From contig PSKS01000003.1 in the NCBI GenBank assembly GCA_040289115.1, forward strand, positions 35,515 to 99,514: a stretch of DNA of 64,000 nucleotides. Reading direction: 5' to 3'. Positions 6,259 through 15,458 of this stretch are shown piece by piece. The stretch's first letter is position 1; each line of letters begins with the position of its first letter. The position numbers and the translations under genes were made by a program. Under the pieces are notes generated by a model. It was given only the letters and a program-made list of their open reading frames with translations, searched no databases and was not told the DNA's origin. The stretch comes from Chloroflexota bacterium (lineage in GTDB: Bacteria > Chloroflexota > Dehalococcoidia > JAUQQI01).

Positions 6259-8561
6259 CCCCGTCCGGCCAGAGCCAGCAGGCGCTCCAGAATAAGGACT
6301 GCCGCCCGCTTGTCCAGGGGCTGGTTATTGTTTCCGCATTTGGGGCTCTGGATGCAGGCCGGGCAGCCGTCCTGGCATTCGCACTCCCGGATGAGCTTGA
6401 GGGTTGCGGCCCAGAGCTCTTCGAGGATTTCGTAGCCCTTCTCAGCGATGCCGACACCCCCGGCGTGGCCGTCGTAAATAAACACGGCCGGCCGGTGGCC
6501 GACGTCCGGGTGGGCCGGGGTGGAGAGGCCGCCGATGTCCCGCCGGTCGCAGAGGGCGAAGAGGGGCAGCAAGCCGATGCCGGCGTGCTCGGCGGCATGG
6601 AGGCCGCCGGCAAAGTCGAGGCCGAGCCGGAGGCACTCCCGCTCCAGCTCCTCAGGTACCGTCCACCAAACTGCCATCGTTCGGATGGTCTGGGGCGGCA
6701 GGTCGAGGGGTTCCTCCCCGATGACCTCCTCGGTGAACTGCCGCTTTTTGCGGTAGCCGACCACCAGGGTGGTGACCTCAACCTCGCCCAGGCCCACCTC
6801 CACCGCCCCAAGGGTTTGGCTCCGGAGAGGCCGGACTAGGCGGATGGTGGTGAGGTCTTTGACCTGGGTGTAGTAGTTGACCTCAACGGGCCGGGCGTAG
6901 GCCCGGCGGCCCACCAGGTCCAGGTCCTCAATCAGGTAGGTTTCGCCTTGGTGGAGGTAGACGGCCCCGGGGTGGATTTGAAAGAAGGCCACGGTGCCGT
7001 CCACGGTCTCAAGCAGGGCGCCGCCCCGGCTCAGGTCGACCACCTCGTAGTCGGCCTCGGAGGTAGACCGGATATCCACGTGCTCGGCGGGATAGCCGAC
7101 GTCGGCGCTGGGGTAAAAGTGGCCGTTCCGCCAGCGCAGCAGGCCCCGCTCGGTAAGCTCGGCCAGAAGGGGCCGGGCGGCCGGTCCGAAGCAGTCTTCG
7201 TCGTCCCGGATGGGGAGCTCGTAGGCGGCGCAGAGGAGGTGGGGCCTCAGGATGTGCGGATTGTCGGGGTTTATGAGGGCGCTTTCGTGGGGCCGTCCGA
7301 AGAGGGCCTGGGGCTCCCGCATGAAATACTGGTCCAGGGGATCGTCGTAGGCGACCAGCACGCTGAGGGAGGGCTCGGTGCCCCGGCCGGACCGACCGGC
7401 CTGCTGCCAGGTGCTGGCGATACTACCCGGATACCCGGTGAGCACGGTGGCCCCCAGGTCGCCGATATCTACCCCCAGCTCCAGGGCTGTGGTGGCCGCA
7501 ACCCCAAGGAGCTCCCCCGTAAAGAGGGCCCGCTCGAGACGGCGGCGCTCCTCGGGGAGGTATCCGGCCCGATAGGTGGCAATCCGGCCGGCCAGGTCGG
7601 AGGCGTGGCGACTCAAGTAGTCCCGGGCGTAGATGCTGATAAGCTCAGCCAGCCGTCGGGTGCGGGCGAACACGATAGTTCGGACGCCGCTCCGAACCAG
7701 CTCGGCAAAGAGCCAGGCGGCCTCGACGTTGGCGCTTCGGCGGGTGCCCAAGTAGCGGTCGATGACGGGCGGATTCCAGAGGACGAAGTCCTTCGGGCCG
7801 TGGGGCGAGCCGTCGGCGTCCACCACCTGGACTTCTTCCCCCACCAGCCGCCGCAAGTGTTCCCCCGGGTTGGCGATGGTGGCCGAGGCAGCGATTACCT
7901 GGGGCCGGCTGCCGTAGCGGGCGCAGAGGCGCCGCAGGCGGCGGAAGACGTTGGCGACGTGGGACCCGAAAACGCCCCGGTAAACGTGGGCCTCGTCGAT
8001 GACCAGAAAACGGAGATTGCGCAGCAGGGGCGCCCAGCCGCCGTGGTTGGGAAGGATGCCCAGGTGGAGCATGTCGGGGTTAGTGAGCACCAGCCGGGCC
8101 GACCGCTTGATCCTGGACCGCTCGGCCGGGGGCGTGTCCCCATCGAAAGTGGCGACCCCAAGCCGGTCGAAGTCCGGCCCCAGCATCTCCCGCAGGGACC
8201 GGAGCTGGTCCTGGGCCAGGGCCTTGGTGGGAAAAAGATAAAGGGCCCGGGCCAGGCGGTCCCGAAAGAGGGCCTCCAGGACGGGAACATGGTAGCAGAG
8301 GCTCTTACCGCTGGCCGTGGAGGTGGCGACGATGACCGATTCGCCCCGCCGGGCGTAGTTTATGGCCTGGGCCTGATGGGAATAAAGCGCCCGGACTCCG
8401 GCCCGGGCCAGGGCCCGGGCCACCGGCTCCGGAAGGGGAGCTTCCAGCTCCCCGTAAACGGGCGGCCGAGCCGAGAGCCGTTCGACGTGAACCACCTGGC
8501 CCCGGTAATCGGGGCTCGCCTGAAGGCGCTCGATAACCCGGGTCGGGTCGGCCGGTGTCAT
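6237..8561 (-). CDS. DEAD/DEAH-box helicase with C-terminal DUF1998 zinc finger (MrfA/YprA-like)
   Basis: 774 aa. It has motif I TASGKS, a DEAH box (LVIDEAH), SAT (AASAT) and a C-terminal four-Cys CECQDGCPACIQSPKCGNNN. Confidence 0.9.
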   Translation of the reverse strand: MTPADPTRVIERLQASPDYRGQVVHVERLSARPPVYGELEAPLPEPVARALARAGVRALYSHQAQAINYARRGESVIVATSTASGKSLCYHVPVLEALFRDRLARALYLFPTKALAQDQLRSLREMLGPDFDRLGVATFDGDTPPAERSRIKRSARLVLTNPDMLHLGILPNHGGWAPLLRNLRFLVIDEAHVYRGVFGSHVANVFRRLRRLCARYGSRPQVIAASATIANPGEHLRRLVGEEVQVVDADGSPHGPKDFVLWNPPVIDRYLGTRRSANVEAAWLFAELVRSGVRTIVFARTRRLAELISIYARDYLSRHASDLAGRIATYRAGYLPEERRRLERALFTGELLGVAATTALELGVDIGDLGATVLTGYPGSIASTWQQAGRSGRGTEPSLSVLVAYDDPLDQYFMREPQALFGRPHESALINPDNPHILRPHLLCAAYELPIRDDEDCFGPAARPLLAELTERGLLRWRNGHFYPSADVGYPAEHVDIRSTSEADYEVVDLSRGGALLETVDGTVAFFQIHPGAVYLHQGETYLIEDLDLVGRRAYARPVEVNYYTQVKDLTTIRLVRPLRSQTLGAVEVGLGEVEVTTLVVGYRKKRQFTEEVIGEEPLDLPPQTIRTMAVWWTVPEELERECLRLGLDFAGGLHAAEHAGIGLLPLFALCDRRDIGGLSTPAHPDVGHRPAVFIYDGHAGGVGIAEKGYEILEELWAATLKLIRECECQDGCPACIQSPKCGNNNQPLDKRAAVLILERLLALAGRGQPTSSL

Positions 8562-8585
8562 CCGTCCACTGACCGTCGGCGAGGC

Positions 8586-8876
8586 TCAGGCGTGGATGAA
8601 CTCCAGCTCGTAGTCGAGCAGTTCGGCCTCGGCCCGGGCCAGCCGGATGGTCTCGATGACCCGGCTGAGGACCTCGTTGGCGTGGCCCTCCTCGGAGCTT
8701 ACGCAGCTTATACCAAGGATCGCCGACTGCCAGAGGTCCTGGTCTTCCACCTCGGCGATGGCCACGTTGTAGCGGCCCCTTACCCGGTCAATGATGGACT
8801 TAATGGCCTGGCGCTTGCCTTTAAGGCTGTGGTTATCCGGCAAGTAGAGCCGGACGCGGCAATACCCGATCACCAT
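8586..8876 (-). CDS. DUF503 (YlxP-like) protein
   Basis: 96 aa. MVIGYCRVRLYLPDNHSLKGKRQAIKSIIDRV... matches the DUF503 family pattern. Confidence 0.85.
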   Translation of the reverse strand: MVIGYCRVRLYLPDNHSLKGKRQAIKSIIDRVRGRYNVAIAEVEDQDLWQSAILGISCVSSEEGHANEVLSRVIETIRLARAEAELLDYELEFIHA

Positions 8877-8878
8877 CT

Positions 8879-9496
8879 TTAGCCGAGATTCGGGACGATT
8901 AGCCCTAGGGTGCCGTCCTTGCGCCGGTAAAGGACGTTAATGCTGTCCGTTTCAACGTTGTAAAAAACGAAGAATTGATAATCGGTCAGGGCCATCTCCT
9001 CGATGGCCTCATCCACCGTCACTGGCTTAAGCTCCAGCTCCTTAACAGCCGTAATTTTACGGTCAGGTGCCTCAAGAGGGGATTCCCCTTCCGGGGGCGT
9101 CTCGGCTACCGGCATGGTGCGCACCGAAGCTTGGGCCAGCTCATCCTTTAGCCGGGGCCGGTGCTCCTGAAGCCGGTCCCGAAGGCGTTCGATTTCGTCC
9201 TTAAGAAGGTCGGTGGCCTGGTCGATGGCAGCCCGGGGGTCAGCCGCAGCCTCCTCAACTCGGACGAGCTTGTCCCCAACCCAAAGGGTGATCTCAGAAT
9301 AGAACCGGCGGTCGGCATCCCGGACGTCGTCGTAGCCGACCTCGACCCGAACCGGGTTAATCAGACCCTGTAGGTGGCGAATGAGCCGACCAACCTTTCG
9401 GGTTATGTACTCTTCAAGGGCCGGGGAAAGTTCGAGCTGCTTGGCGTTTACGATTACCTGAGGCTCCAACAACCTCACCTCCAAGGTTTTAGGCAT
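8879..9496 (-). CDS. hpf: Ribosome hibernation-promoting factor, long form
   Basis: It has an N-terminal RaiA/S30AE region (LSPALEEYITRKVGRL) and the C-terminal dimerisation domain (YQFFVFYNVETDSINVLYRRKDGTLGLI). A GGAGGTGA SD favours an internal TTG start near 9469. Confidence 0.9.
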   Translation of the reverse strand: MPKTLEVRLLEPQVIVNAKQLELSPALEEYITRKVGRLIRHLQGLINPVRVEVGYDDVRDADRRFYSEITLWVGDKLVRVEEAAADPRAAIDQATDLLKDEIERLRDRLQEHRPRLKDELAQASVRTMPVAETPPEGESPLEAPDRKITAVKELELKPVTVDEAIEEMALTDYQFFVFYNVETDSINVLYRRKDGTLGLIVPNLG

Positions 9497-9614
9497 ATCT
9501 TTTGACGGGCTACTTCCAGTTTACCAGAATTGGGTCCCTTTCATGGGGTGAATTTGCCTGTCCCCCTTCGGGTGCCGGGCAGCCGCCGGTCGGCCCCAAT
9601 AGGGTGGGGGTTAC

Positions 9615-9821
9615 TCACTCGATGTAGGTCGAGGTGGGCTCCGCGGCGGTCAGGCTCTGTTCGGCGCAACCTCCGTAGGTGCAGCAGCAAGGACCACCCT
9701 GCGCACAACCCTCGCAGCAGAACCTGAGGCCATTCTGAGCGTAAGGTTCACCCGGAATCTCGAGCAAGCAGTTTGCGCAGACCAGCCGCTGCCGCCCGCG
9801 GTGCTGGAAAGGCCTGCCCAT
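9615..9821 (-). CDS. Cysteine-rich small metal-binding protein (TRASH/YHS-like motif plus CCC tail)
   Basis: ATG 9821 is preceded by GGAAAGGA. The 68-aa product has 9 Cys: CANC-x16-CCEGC (like TRASH C-x2-C...FC-x3-C), then GGPCCCTYGGC. Confidence 0.6.
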   Translation of the reverse strand: MGRPFQHRGRQRLVCANCLLEIPGEPYAQNGLRFCCEGCAQGGPCCCTYGGCAEQSLTAAEPTSTYIE

Positions 9822-9873
9822 AGCCCGTCCTTTCCAAAAGGTCTTGCTCGACCCGCCGTTAACAACCCCGAAC

Positions 9874-9914
9874 GGAAAAGACAAGCCCGCCCCCGACGAA
9901 AACGAGGGCGGGCT
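9874..9914 (-). terminator. Intrinsic terminator/attenuator inside the leader of the Cys-rich gene
   Basis: Minus strand: AGCCCGCCC, 13-nt loop, GGGCGGGCT, followed by TGTCTTTTCC. It lies between the predicted promoter (9949-9977) and the ATG at 9821. Confidence 0.55.
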
Positions 9915-9948
9915 CTAAGGTACGTTCAGGGTTCCCATTACCAACTGT

Positions 9949-9977
9949 AAGTTAACAAATCCTTAAAGCCCTGTCAA
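9949..9977 (-). promoter_or_regulatory. Sigma-70-type promoter for the Cys-rich gene leader
   Basis: Minus strand TTGACA (9977..9972), 17 nt, TAACTT (9954..9949). Confidence 0.55.
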
Positions 9978-10141
9978 CAAGGGTTCGTAAACGCCGGACC
10001 CTGGGTTCTCGCCCAGGGTCTCGCCGGAAGCCTCCCCCAGGACCTTCCAGTTATTTGCACAATCGCTTGCCTTTTCGAGGAACGCACGGCTGTGCGCCGC
10101 GACGACATCTGGGTTGTTTGCAATTACCTGGGCGGCAGCTC

Positions 10142-10170
10142 TTGAAAGCACGGTGGGGGCGGGGTAGAAT
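10142..10170 (+). promoter_or_regulatory. Promoter of tRNA-Leu
   Basis: TTGAAA (10142-10147), 17 nt, TAGAAT (10165-10170). It lies ~55 nt upstream of the tRNA. Confidence 0.6.
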
Positions 10171-10227
10171 GAATCTGGGTGGCCCCCAGGTTACTTCAGG
10201 GTCCCGTTTGGGCTTGGGTTTCACCGG

Positions 10228-10316
10228 GCCGAGGTGGCGGAACTGGCAGACGCAGGGGACTTAAAATCCCCCGCCCCGGACGGGGCATGCGGGTTCGAGT
10301 CCCGCCCTCGGCACCA
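10228..10316 (+). tRNA. tRNA-Leu (anticodon UAA), CCA encoded
   Basis: GCCGAGG acceptor, anticodon arm GGGGA-CTTAAAA-TCCCC, long variable arm, T-arm GCGGG-TTCGAGT-CCCGC, 3' CCTCGGC-A-CCA. Confidence 0.95.
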
Positions 10317-10360
10317 TTGCGGCGGAGCCCTAGGGGATACCTGCGCGGCTATAAAGAGCG

Positions 10361-11482
10361 TCAACCCGGCCCCAGGGAGCCCCACTCGACGACGGCCTTA
10401 ATCTCCCCAGGCTGGTGGGCCTGAAGGGCCTCTATGGCCCGGTCCACCGGGTAGCGGTGGGTGATTAGGCTCCCCACCCGCGCCATTCCCCAGCGCCGGG
10501 TCGCGGCGACCAGGTCGTCCACGGCGAGCTGGTAGTGGTCCCGGGCCGCATTCACGCTGCCCACCAGAAGCAGATTCGCTAATACAAGGCGGCGAACCAG
10601 GTCTGCCGCCGGAATCTTCAGGGGTCGTTCCTCGCCGGGAAGCCCGGTCAGCACCAGGACTCCCCCTGGGGCTACCAGCTCGGCCAGGTTAAAGCTCAGC
10701 TGGGCGACCCCGGCTGCCTCAAGGACCAGGTCGAAGCGGCCGAGGCCGGCCGCGGCCCGCTCCGGGCTCAGTCCGCGGCCGTCGATGTAGTGGCCGCCGA
10801 TGGCTTCAAGCCAAGCCGGGCGGGCCGTCTCCCGGCCCACAATATCGAGGCCCCACACCTCGGCGTTGCGCAGCCGCAGGGCCATGGCTCCCAGCAGGCC
10901 CACCGGCCCCAGGCCAACCACTAGGCAGCGCCGGCCGTAAAGCCAGTAAGGCGTAGCCTGGGCATCGGGCAGCCTGGCAAACTGAATGTGAATGGCCTCG
11001 TCGATGGCCTTCTCCACCACGGAGAGGGGCTCCACCAGGACGCCGGCTTCCCCGAGCTCCGGCGGCACCCGGACGATATAGGCCTCCCGGTCGACCACGT
11101 ACTCGGCTTGGAACCCGTCCAGGCCCCAGATGCCGCGCTCGCGGAAGCGGCCGGTGCGGCACATGTCCGACCGGCCCATCAGGCACGGAAGGTCTTGACC
11201 GCAGCCGCGCCTGACGGTAAATACGGCCAGGTCCCCAGGTTTGACCCGGCTGACAGTCCGCCCGACTTCGACGACACGCCCCAGCAGCTCGTGGCCAAGC
11301 ACGAGGTCGGCTAGGCCCTCCGGGGCCTTAGCCCGGCCGCCGGCGACTTCCTCCCGGTCGGTGCCGCAAATGCCGACCCGCAAGACCTGGAGTTTGACCT
11401 CGTCGTCTTCCGTCAGCGCCGGTTCCGGGCGCTCAACGGGGAAGATCCCCGGCTGACCGGGCTTTACGGCCAGGGCCAGCAT
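10361..11482 (-). CDS. Zn-dependent medium-chain dehydrogenase (glucose/alcohol dehydrogenase-like)
   Basis: 373 aa. It has GICGTDRE and GHELLGRVVEVG zinc-binding signatures and a Rossmann VVGLGPVG. Confidence 0.8.
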   Translation of the reverse strand: MLALAVKPGQPGIFPVERPEPALTEDDEVKLQVLRVGICGTDREEVAGGRAKAPEGLADLVLGHELLGRVVEVGRTVSRVKPGDLAVFTVRRGCGQDLPCLMGRSDMCRTGRFRERGIWGLDGFQAEYVVDREAYIVRVPPELGEAGVLVEPLSVVEKAIDEAIHIQFARLPDAQATPYWLYGRRCLVVGLGPVGLLGAMALRLRNAEVWGLDIVGRETARPAWLEAIGGHYIDGRGLSPERAAAGLGRFDLVLEAAGVAQLSFNLAELVAPGGVLVLTGLPGEERPLKIPAADLVRRLVLANLLLVGSVNAARDHYQLAVDDLVAATRRWGMARVGSLITHRYPVDRAIEALQAHQPGEIKAVVEWGSLGPG

Positions 11483-11489
11483 CCACCCA

Positions 11490-12413
11490 TCACCCGCTTG
11501 CCCCGGCCCGCCGGTGGACGGGGTGGCCCCCGTACTGGTTGCGCAAGAGGGCGACAGCCTTGGCCGCCGGCGAATCTACATCCCGGTACTGCATGAGGGC
11601 GGTCTGGGCCGTGCCCGTGACCGGGACAGGTATATCCCGCTCCAGGGCCCAGGCCAGCACCCACTTGACCTCGCCTGTGTCCTCAACGTAGGTGGACAGG
11701 GGGCTGAGGTCGGAGTTTTGGGCCAGGGCCCGTCCCATGAGGTCCACCAGCCAGCTGCGGATCACCGAGCCGTGGACCCAGTTGTTGAAAAGGCCGGGCA
11801 AGTCGAGCCGGTAATCCGAGGCCAGCAGGAGCTCCACGCCCTCGGCGATGGCCTGGACCATTCCGAACTCTATTGCGTTGTGGACCAGCTTCACGAAGTG
11901 GCCGGCACCCGGCGGGCCGGCGTAAAAGACGGCTTCGTCGTCGGCAGCCAGCGCCCGTAGAACCGGTCGAATGGCCGCAAACGCTTCCTGGTCACCCCCC
12001 ACCATAAAGCAGGCCCCGGACCTGGCACCGGGAATGCCCCCGCTGGTGCCGACGTCCAGAAACTTAATGCCCCGCTGGGCGAAGAGGTTGTAACGCCGCC
12101 GGGAGTCTTCCCAGTGGGAGTTCCCCCCGTCGGCCACGATATCCCCCGGCTGAAACACGGTCAGAAGCTGACGGCAGACCCCATCGGTGGGCTCCCCGTG
12201 GGGCACATAAATTAGGGCGGTGCGCGGGGGGCGGAGGTGGGCAGCTAGCTCGGCCAGGGAAGCGGCCGGCTCGAGGCCGAGTCCGGCCAGCTCCTCCCGT
12301 ACCCTGATGTCTGGGTCATAGCCCACCACCCGACATCCCTTCGCCAGGGCCTGACGGGCAAGGTTTCCGCCCATGCGCCCCAAGCCGATGATGCCAAACT
12401 CCATATCAGCCAC
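11490..12413 (-). CDS. 6-phosphogluconate dehydrogenase, short (YqeC/Gnd-like) form
   Basis: 307 aa. It has the N-terminal IGLGRMGGNLA dinucleotide fold and central HNAIEFGMVQAIAEG. Confidence 0.85.
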   Translation of the reverse strand: MADMEFGIIGLGRMGGNLARQALAKGCRVVGYDPDIRVREELAGLGLEPAASLAELAAHLRPPRTALIYVPHGEPTDGVCRQLLTVFQPGDIVADGGNSHWEDSRRRYNLFAQRGIKFLDVGTSGGIPGARSGACFMVGGDQEAFAAIRPVLRALAADDEAVFYAGPPGAGHFVKLVHNAIEFGMVQAIAEGVELLLASDYRLDLPGLFNNWVHGSVIRSWLVDLMGRALAQNSDLSPLSTYVEDTGEVKWVLAWALERDIPVPVTGTAQTALMQYRDVDSPAAKAVALLRNQYGGHPVHRRAGASG

Positions 12414-12419
12414 CTTCCT

Positions 12420-14495
12420 TCACGCGGGTTCGACCCGCCGGACGACCTTCCCGGCGGCCGTACGGACCACTTCGGCGGCAACGGGCCGGCCGTTCAGCCA
12501 AAGGCCGGCCAGCCGAACCCGGTTAATCCCGGCCGGGAGGAAGGGCTCCGGCTCCTGCCCCGGAGCAAGCCAAGGGTCGGCCGTCAGGCCCAGCATCGCG
12601 GTAATGATCAGGAACACGCTTCCGGTGGCCCAGGCCTGGGGTCGGCAGGCCGTCGGATAATCGACAGGAAAGGGCGCCTCGTCCCGGCCGTAGCCGGCAA
12701 AAAGTTCCGGAAAGCGCCAGTCCGGTTGGTAGCTTAGGGCCCGGAGGAGGCCGTCGGCAACGGTGGCGGCCTCTTTAGTAAAGCGGTAGCTGGCCAGACC
12801 GGTCACGATTAGGCTGTTGTCGTGGGGCCAGACCGAGCCGTTATGGTACGAGATGGGGTTATAGGCCGCCTCGCTTGCCGCCATGGTCCGCACGCCCCAG
12901 CCGGAGAAGAACTCCGCGGATACGAGCCGGGCCGCCACGGCCGAGGCCAATTCCCGGTCAGCAATGCCGGTCCAGAGGGCATGGCCGGCGTTGGAAGTCA
13001 GGGCGTCAACCCGCGCCTTGTTCCGGTCCAGGGCCTCGGCCAGAAAGCCGCGGTCGTTCAGCCAGAAGTCCCGGTTGAAGCGGGCCTTCAGCTCCGCGGC
13101 CCGGGTTCGAAATCGGCGGGCGTCCTCGGGGTGCCCCAGGCCATCGAGGACCCCGGCCAGACTCAGCCGGGCGGCGTAAGCGTAACCCTGGACCTCGCAG
13201 AGGGCAATGGGCGGCTCCGCCAACCGCCCATCGCGGAAGCGCACCGAATCCCATGAGTCCTTCCAGCCCTGGTTCACCAGGCCGGCTCGGGCCTGCCGGA
13301 GGTACTCGACGTAGCCGTCGCCATCGCGGTCCCCGAACCGTTCCAGCCAATCCATGGCCCGGTTGGCCGCCTCTAACAGTGAGCTGGCGAATTCATGGTC
13401 CGATGTGACCTTGAACACGGCGCCGTAAAGCATTAAAAAGAGGGGGGTTGCGTCCACCGTGCCGTAATATGGGTAGGGCGGGCAGCCGTACCGGTTGCAG
13501 CTGACCACACCGTAGCGGTACTCGTGGAGGATCTTGCCGGGCTCCTCATCCCGGCGCCGATCCAGTCGCCTCCCCTGATAGCGGGCCAGCGTCCGCAGAA
13601 CCCCTTTGGCCACCTCGGGGTAAAGGCGGAGGGCCTGGTAGGCAGTTATCAGGGAGTCGCGACCGAACAGGGCCAGGAACCAGGGGATGCCGGCCGCAAT
13701 CCAGACCTCGCCGGCCGACACCTCCTCGGCCCGGACACAGAGGGCCGAGAAATCTTCCACCGCCCGGGCGTAGGCCTCCCTCAGAACGTAACTGTCGGTT
13801 TCGAGGCGGGGCGCCTGTTCGACCAGTTCCTGGTGGCGCCGGGCCCGGCGTTCGGCGGCGTCCCCGTGCCGGGGTGGGATCACCTGCGGCTCATCGCCCG
13901 CCGGTACGAACTGGATGGTCAGCTGCCAGCTTTTTCGTGGGGCGATCCGAACATGGAACCGGCAGGTGGGGCCCAGGGCATCGGGCCGGACGGAGAAGCG
14001 GACGTCCAGGTAGCGGGGGGGACGCTCCCGCCGAAGTCCAAACCGCAGATTCCGACCGTCCCCACCGATGACGACCAGCGTTCCTCGGCGCCTGGTGGGG
14101 GCCTGCCGCGGGGCTTCGGTGTGGTGCTTCACCTCGAATATGTGGGCGAAATCGGCGTCAAAATGGAGGCTGACCTCGAAAGCCGCGTCGGCCTGGCCGT
14201 AGTTCACCACCTCTAGGTCCTCCCGAAGGCCGCGGCTCACTAGCCGCCGTCGGATCAGGGCCACCTGGGCCGGGGCGGCCGAAGGCAGGGGCGGGTTGGT
14301 CAGGAAGTGGACAGCGGTCTTCGGGGTGGGAGCGTGGGCACTGAGATAGACTGGCGGCTGGCCGTCGATCCTAATCTCGTACCGGCTCAAAAAGCGGGTG
14401 TCCTCATAGTAAAGACCGTAGTCAGCCCGACCCGGAATGTCGCCGGTCTCGGCGGCAATGAGGAAGGTTGTGTCCTCGTTCACTACCAGCCGCAT
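12420..14495 (-). CDS. Amylo-alpha-1,6-glucosidase / glycogen-debranching family protein
   Basis: 691 aa. The N-terminal debranching-enzyme N domain is followed by the six-hairpin GDE_C region (GIPWFLALFGRDSLITA, YHNGSVWPHDN). Confidence 0.85.
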   Translation of the reverse strand: MRLVVNEDTTFLIAAETGDIPGRADYGLYYEDTRFLSRYEIRIDGQPPVYLSAHAPTPKTAVHFLTNPPLPSAAPAQVALIRRRLVSRGLREDLEVVNYGQADAAFEVSLHFDADFAHIFEVKHHTEAPRQAPTRRRGTLVVIGGDGRNLRFGLRRERPPRYLDVRFSVRPDALGPTCRFHVRIAPRKSWQLTIQFVPAGDEPQVIPPRHGDAAERRARRHQELVEQAPRLETDSYVLREAYARAVEDFSALCVRAEEVSAGEVWIAAGIPWFLALFGRDSLITAYQALRLYPEVAKGVLRTLARYQGRRLDRRRDEEPGKILHEYRYGVVSCNRYGCPPYPYYGTVDATPLFLMLYGAVFKVTSDHEFASSLLEAANRAMDWLERFGDRDGDGYVEYLRQARAGLVNQGWKDSWDSVRFRDGRLAEPPIALCEVQGYAYAARLSLAGVLDGLGHPEDARRFRTRAAELKARFNRDFWLNDRGFLAEALDRNKARVDALTSNAGHALWTGIADRELASAVAARLVSAEFFSGWGVRTMAASEAAYNPISYHNGSVWPHDNSLIVTGLASYRFTKEAATVADGLLRALSYQPDWRFPELFAGYGRDEAPFPVDYPTACRPQAWATGSVFLIITAMLGLTADPWLAPGQEPEPFLPAGINRVRLAGLWLNGRPVAAEVVRTAAGKVVRRVEPA

Positions 14496-14690
14496 CTGAG
14501 CCCCTTTGACAAACGGTATATTATCGCGCCCTTACAGCGGCTGGGGCAACGGGCAGGTCGGGCCGTCGGCGGGATTTCTAAGTGATAACAGGCCTTTTTG
14601 TGTGGTCCGTAACCGTGCGCTTCCGCGGCATAACGGTTGCTTCGGTTTTGGAAAGAACTGAGTGCATCGGTCCCTTGTGGTGTCGTTTAA

Positions 14691-15449
14691 TCAAAGGCCG
14701 CCCCGTAGGCCCCCGTCGATGCGGAGGGCCGCGCCGTTGACATAGGCGGCTGCATCGCTCAGCAGAAACAGCACCGGCCCGAGCACGTCGTCCGGCGTCC
14801 CAATCCGGCCCAGCGGGACCCGCTCCGCTACCCGCCGGGCAAACTCCGGGTCTTTAGCAAATCGGGAAGCCGCCGTCATGATGGCCCCCGGCACCACGCA
14901 GTTTACCCGGATCCCGTACCGCCCCCACTCGATGGCAAGAATCTGGGTGAGCTGAATCACCCCGGCCTTGGCCGCGCTGTAGTGGACGCTGGAGCCCGGC
15001 TCAAAGGCTGCTACCGAAGAGACGTTGATGATCACCCCGTAGCCGTTCTTCCGCATCTCCGGGAAGACGGCCCGGGACGCCAGGAAGGCCGAGGTGAGGT
15101 TGCTCTCAACGACAGCCCGCCAGCCGTTGGGGGAGATCTGCTCGGCCGGTGCCCAGAAGGTGCCCCCGGCGTTGTTGATCAAAAAGTGGACGGTGCCGAA
15201 TCTGGCCAAGGTCTGCTCCACCAGGGCCGCCACCTGGTCGGGGTCCCGAACGTCGGCCTGAACCGGCAGAACTTCACCCCCCAGGCTTTCGACTTCTCGG
15301 CAGACCCCCTCAAGGCGTTCCAGCTTCCGGCTGTTGACCACCACCTTGACTCCCTGCTCGGCCAGCCCTACGGCCAGCCGGTAGCCAATGCCGCTGGAGC
15401 TGCCGGTCACGATGGCCACTTTACCCGCAAGCTCCGGCACCTTAAGCAT
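14691..15449 (-). CDS. SDR-family oxidoreductase
   Basis: 252 aa, with TGSSSGIG cofactor motif and YSAAK catalytic motif. Confidence 0.9.
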   Translation of the reverse strand: MLKVPELAGKVAIVTGSSSGIGYRLAVGLAEQGVKVVVNSRKLERLEGVCREVESLGGEVLPVQADVRDPDQVAALVEQTLARFGTVHFLINNAGGTFWAPAEQISPNGWRAVVESNLTSAFLASRAVFPEMRKNGYGVIINVSSVAAFEPGSSVHYSAAKAGVIQLTQILAIEWGRYGIRVNCVVPGAIMTAASRFAKDPEFARRVAERVPLGRIGTPDDVLGPVLFLLSDAAAYVNGAALRIDGGLRGGL

Positions 15450-15458
15450 TGCCCCCTC

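Noticed and set aside
6237-8561. The DUF1998 helicase as part of a DISARM-like or other defence system.
   Set aside because: It is a single fused MrfA/YprA-type protein. There is no methylase, PLD or other partner gene nearby, and it is flanked by housekeeping genes (DUF503, hpf, GT4).
6948-8882. Very long antisense ORFs: the 644-aa ORF opposite the helicase; 48627..49898 and 50010..51467 opposite secA; 36042..36974 and 36713..37657 opposite the sigma/anti-sigma genes; and 38569..39606 opposite the FAD oxidoreductase.
   Set aside because: Stop-poor antisense frames are expected at this GC content. The translations are low-complexity G/P/R/A-rich with no motifs. The sense strands encode unmistakable conserved proteins.
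9963-10151. 62-aa ORF between the Cys-rich gene and tRNA-Leu.
   Set aside because: It has no SD. Its 5' end overlaps the tRNA-Leu promoter and its 3' end overlaps the promoter of the Cys-rich gene. No homolog was recognised. It is probably non-coding.
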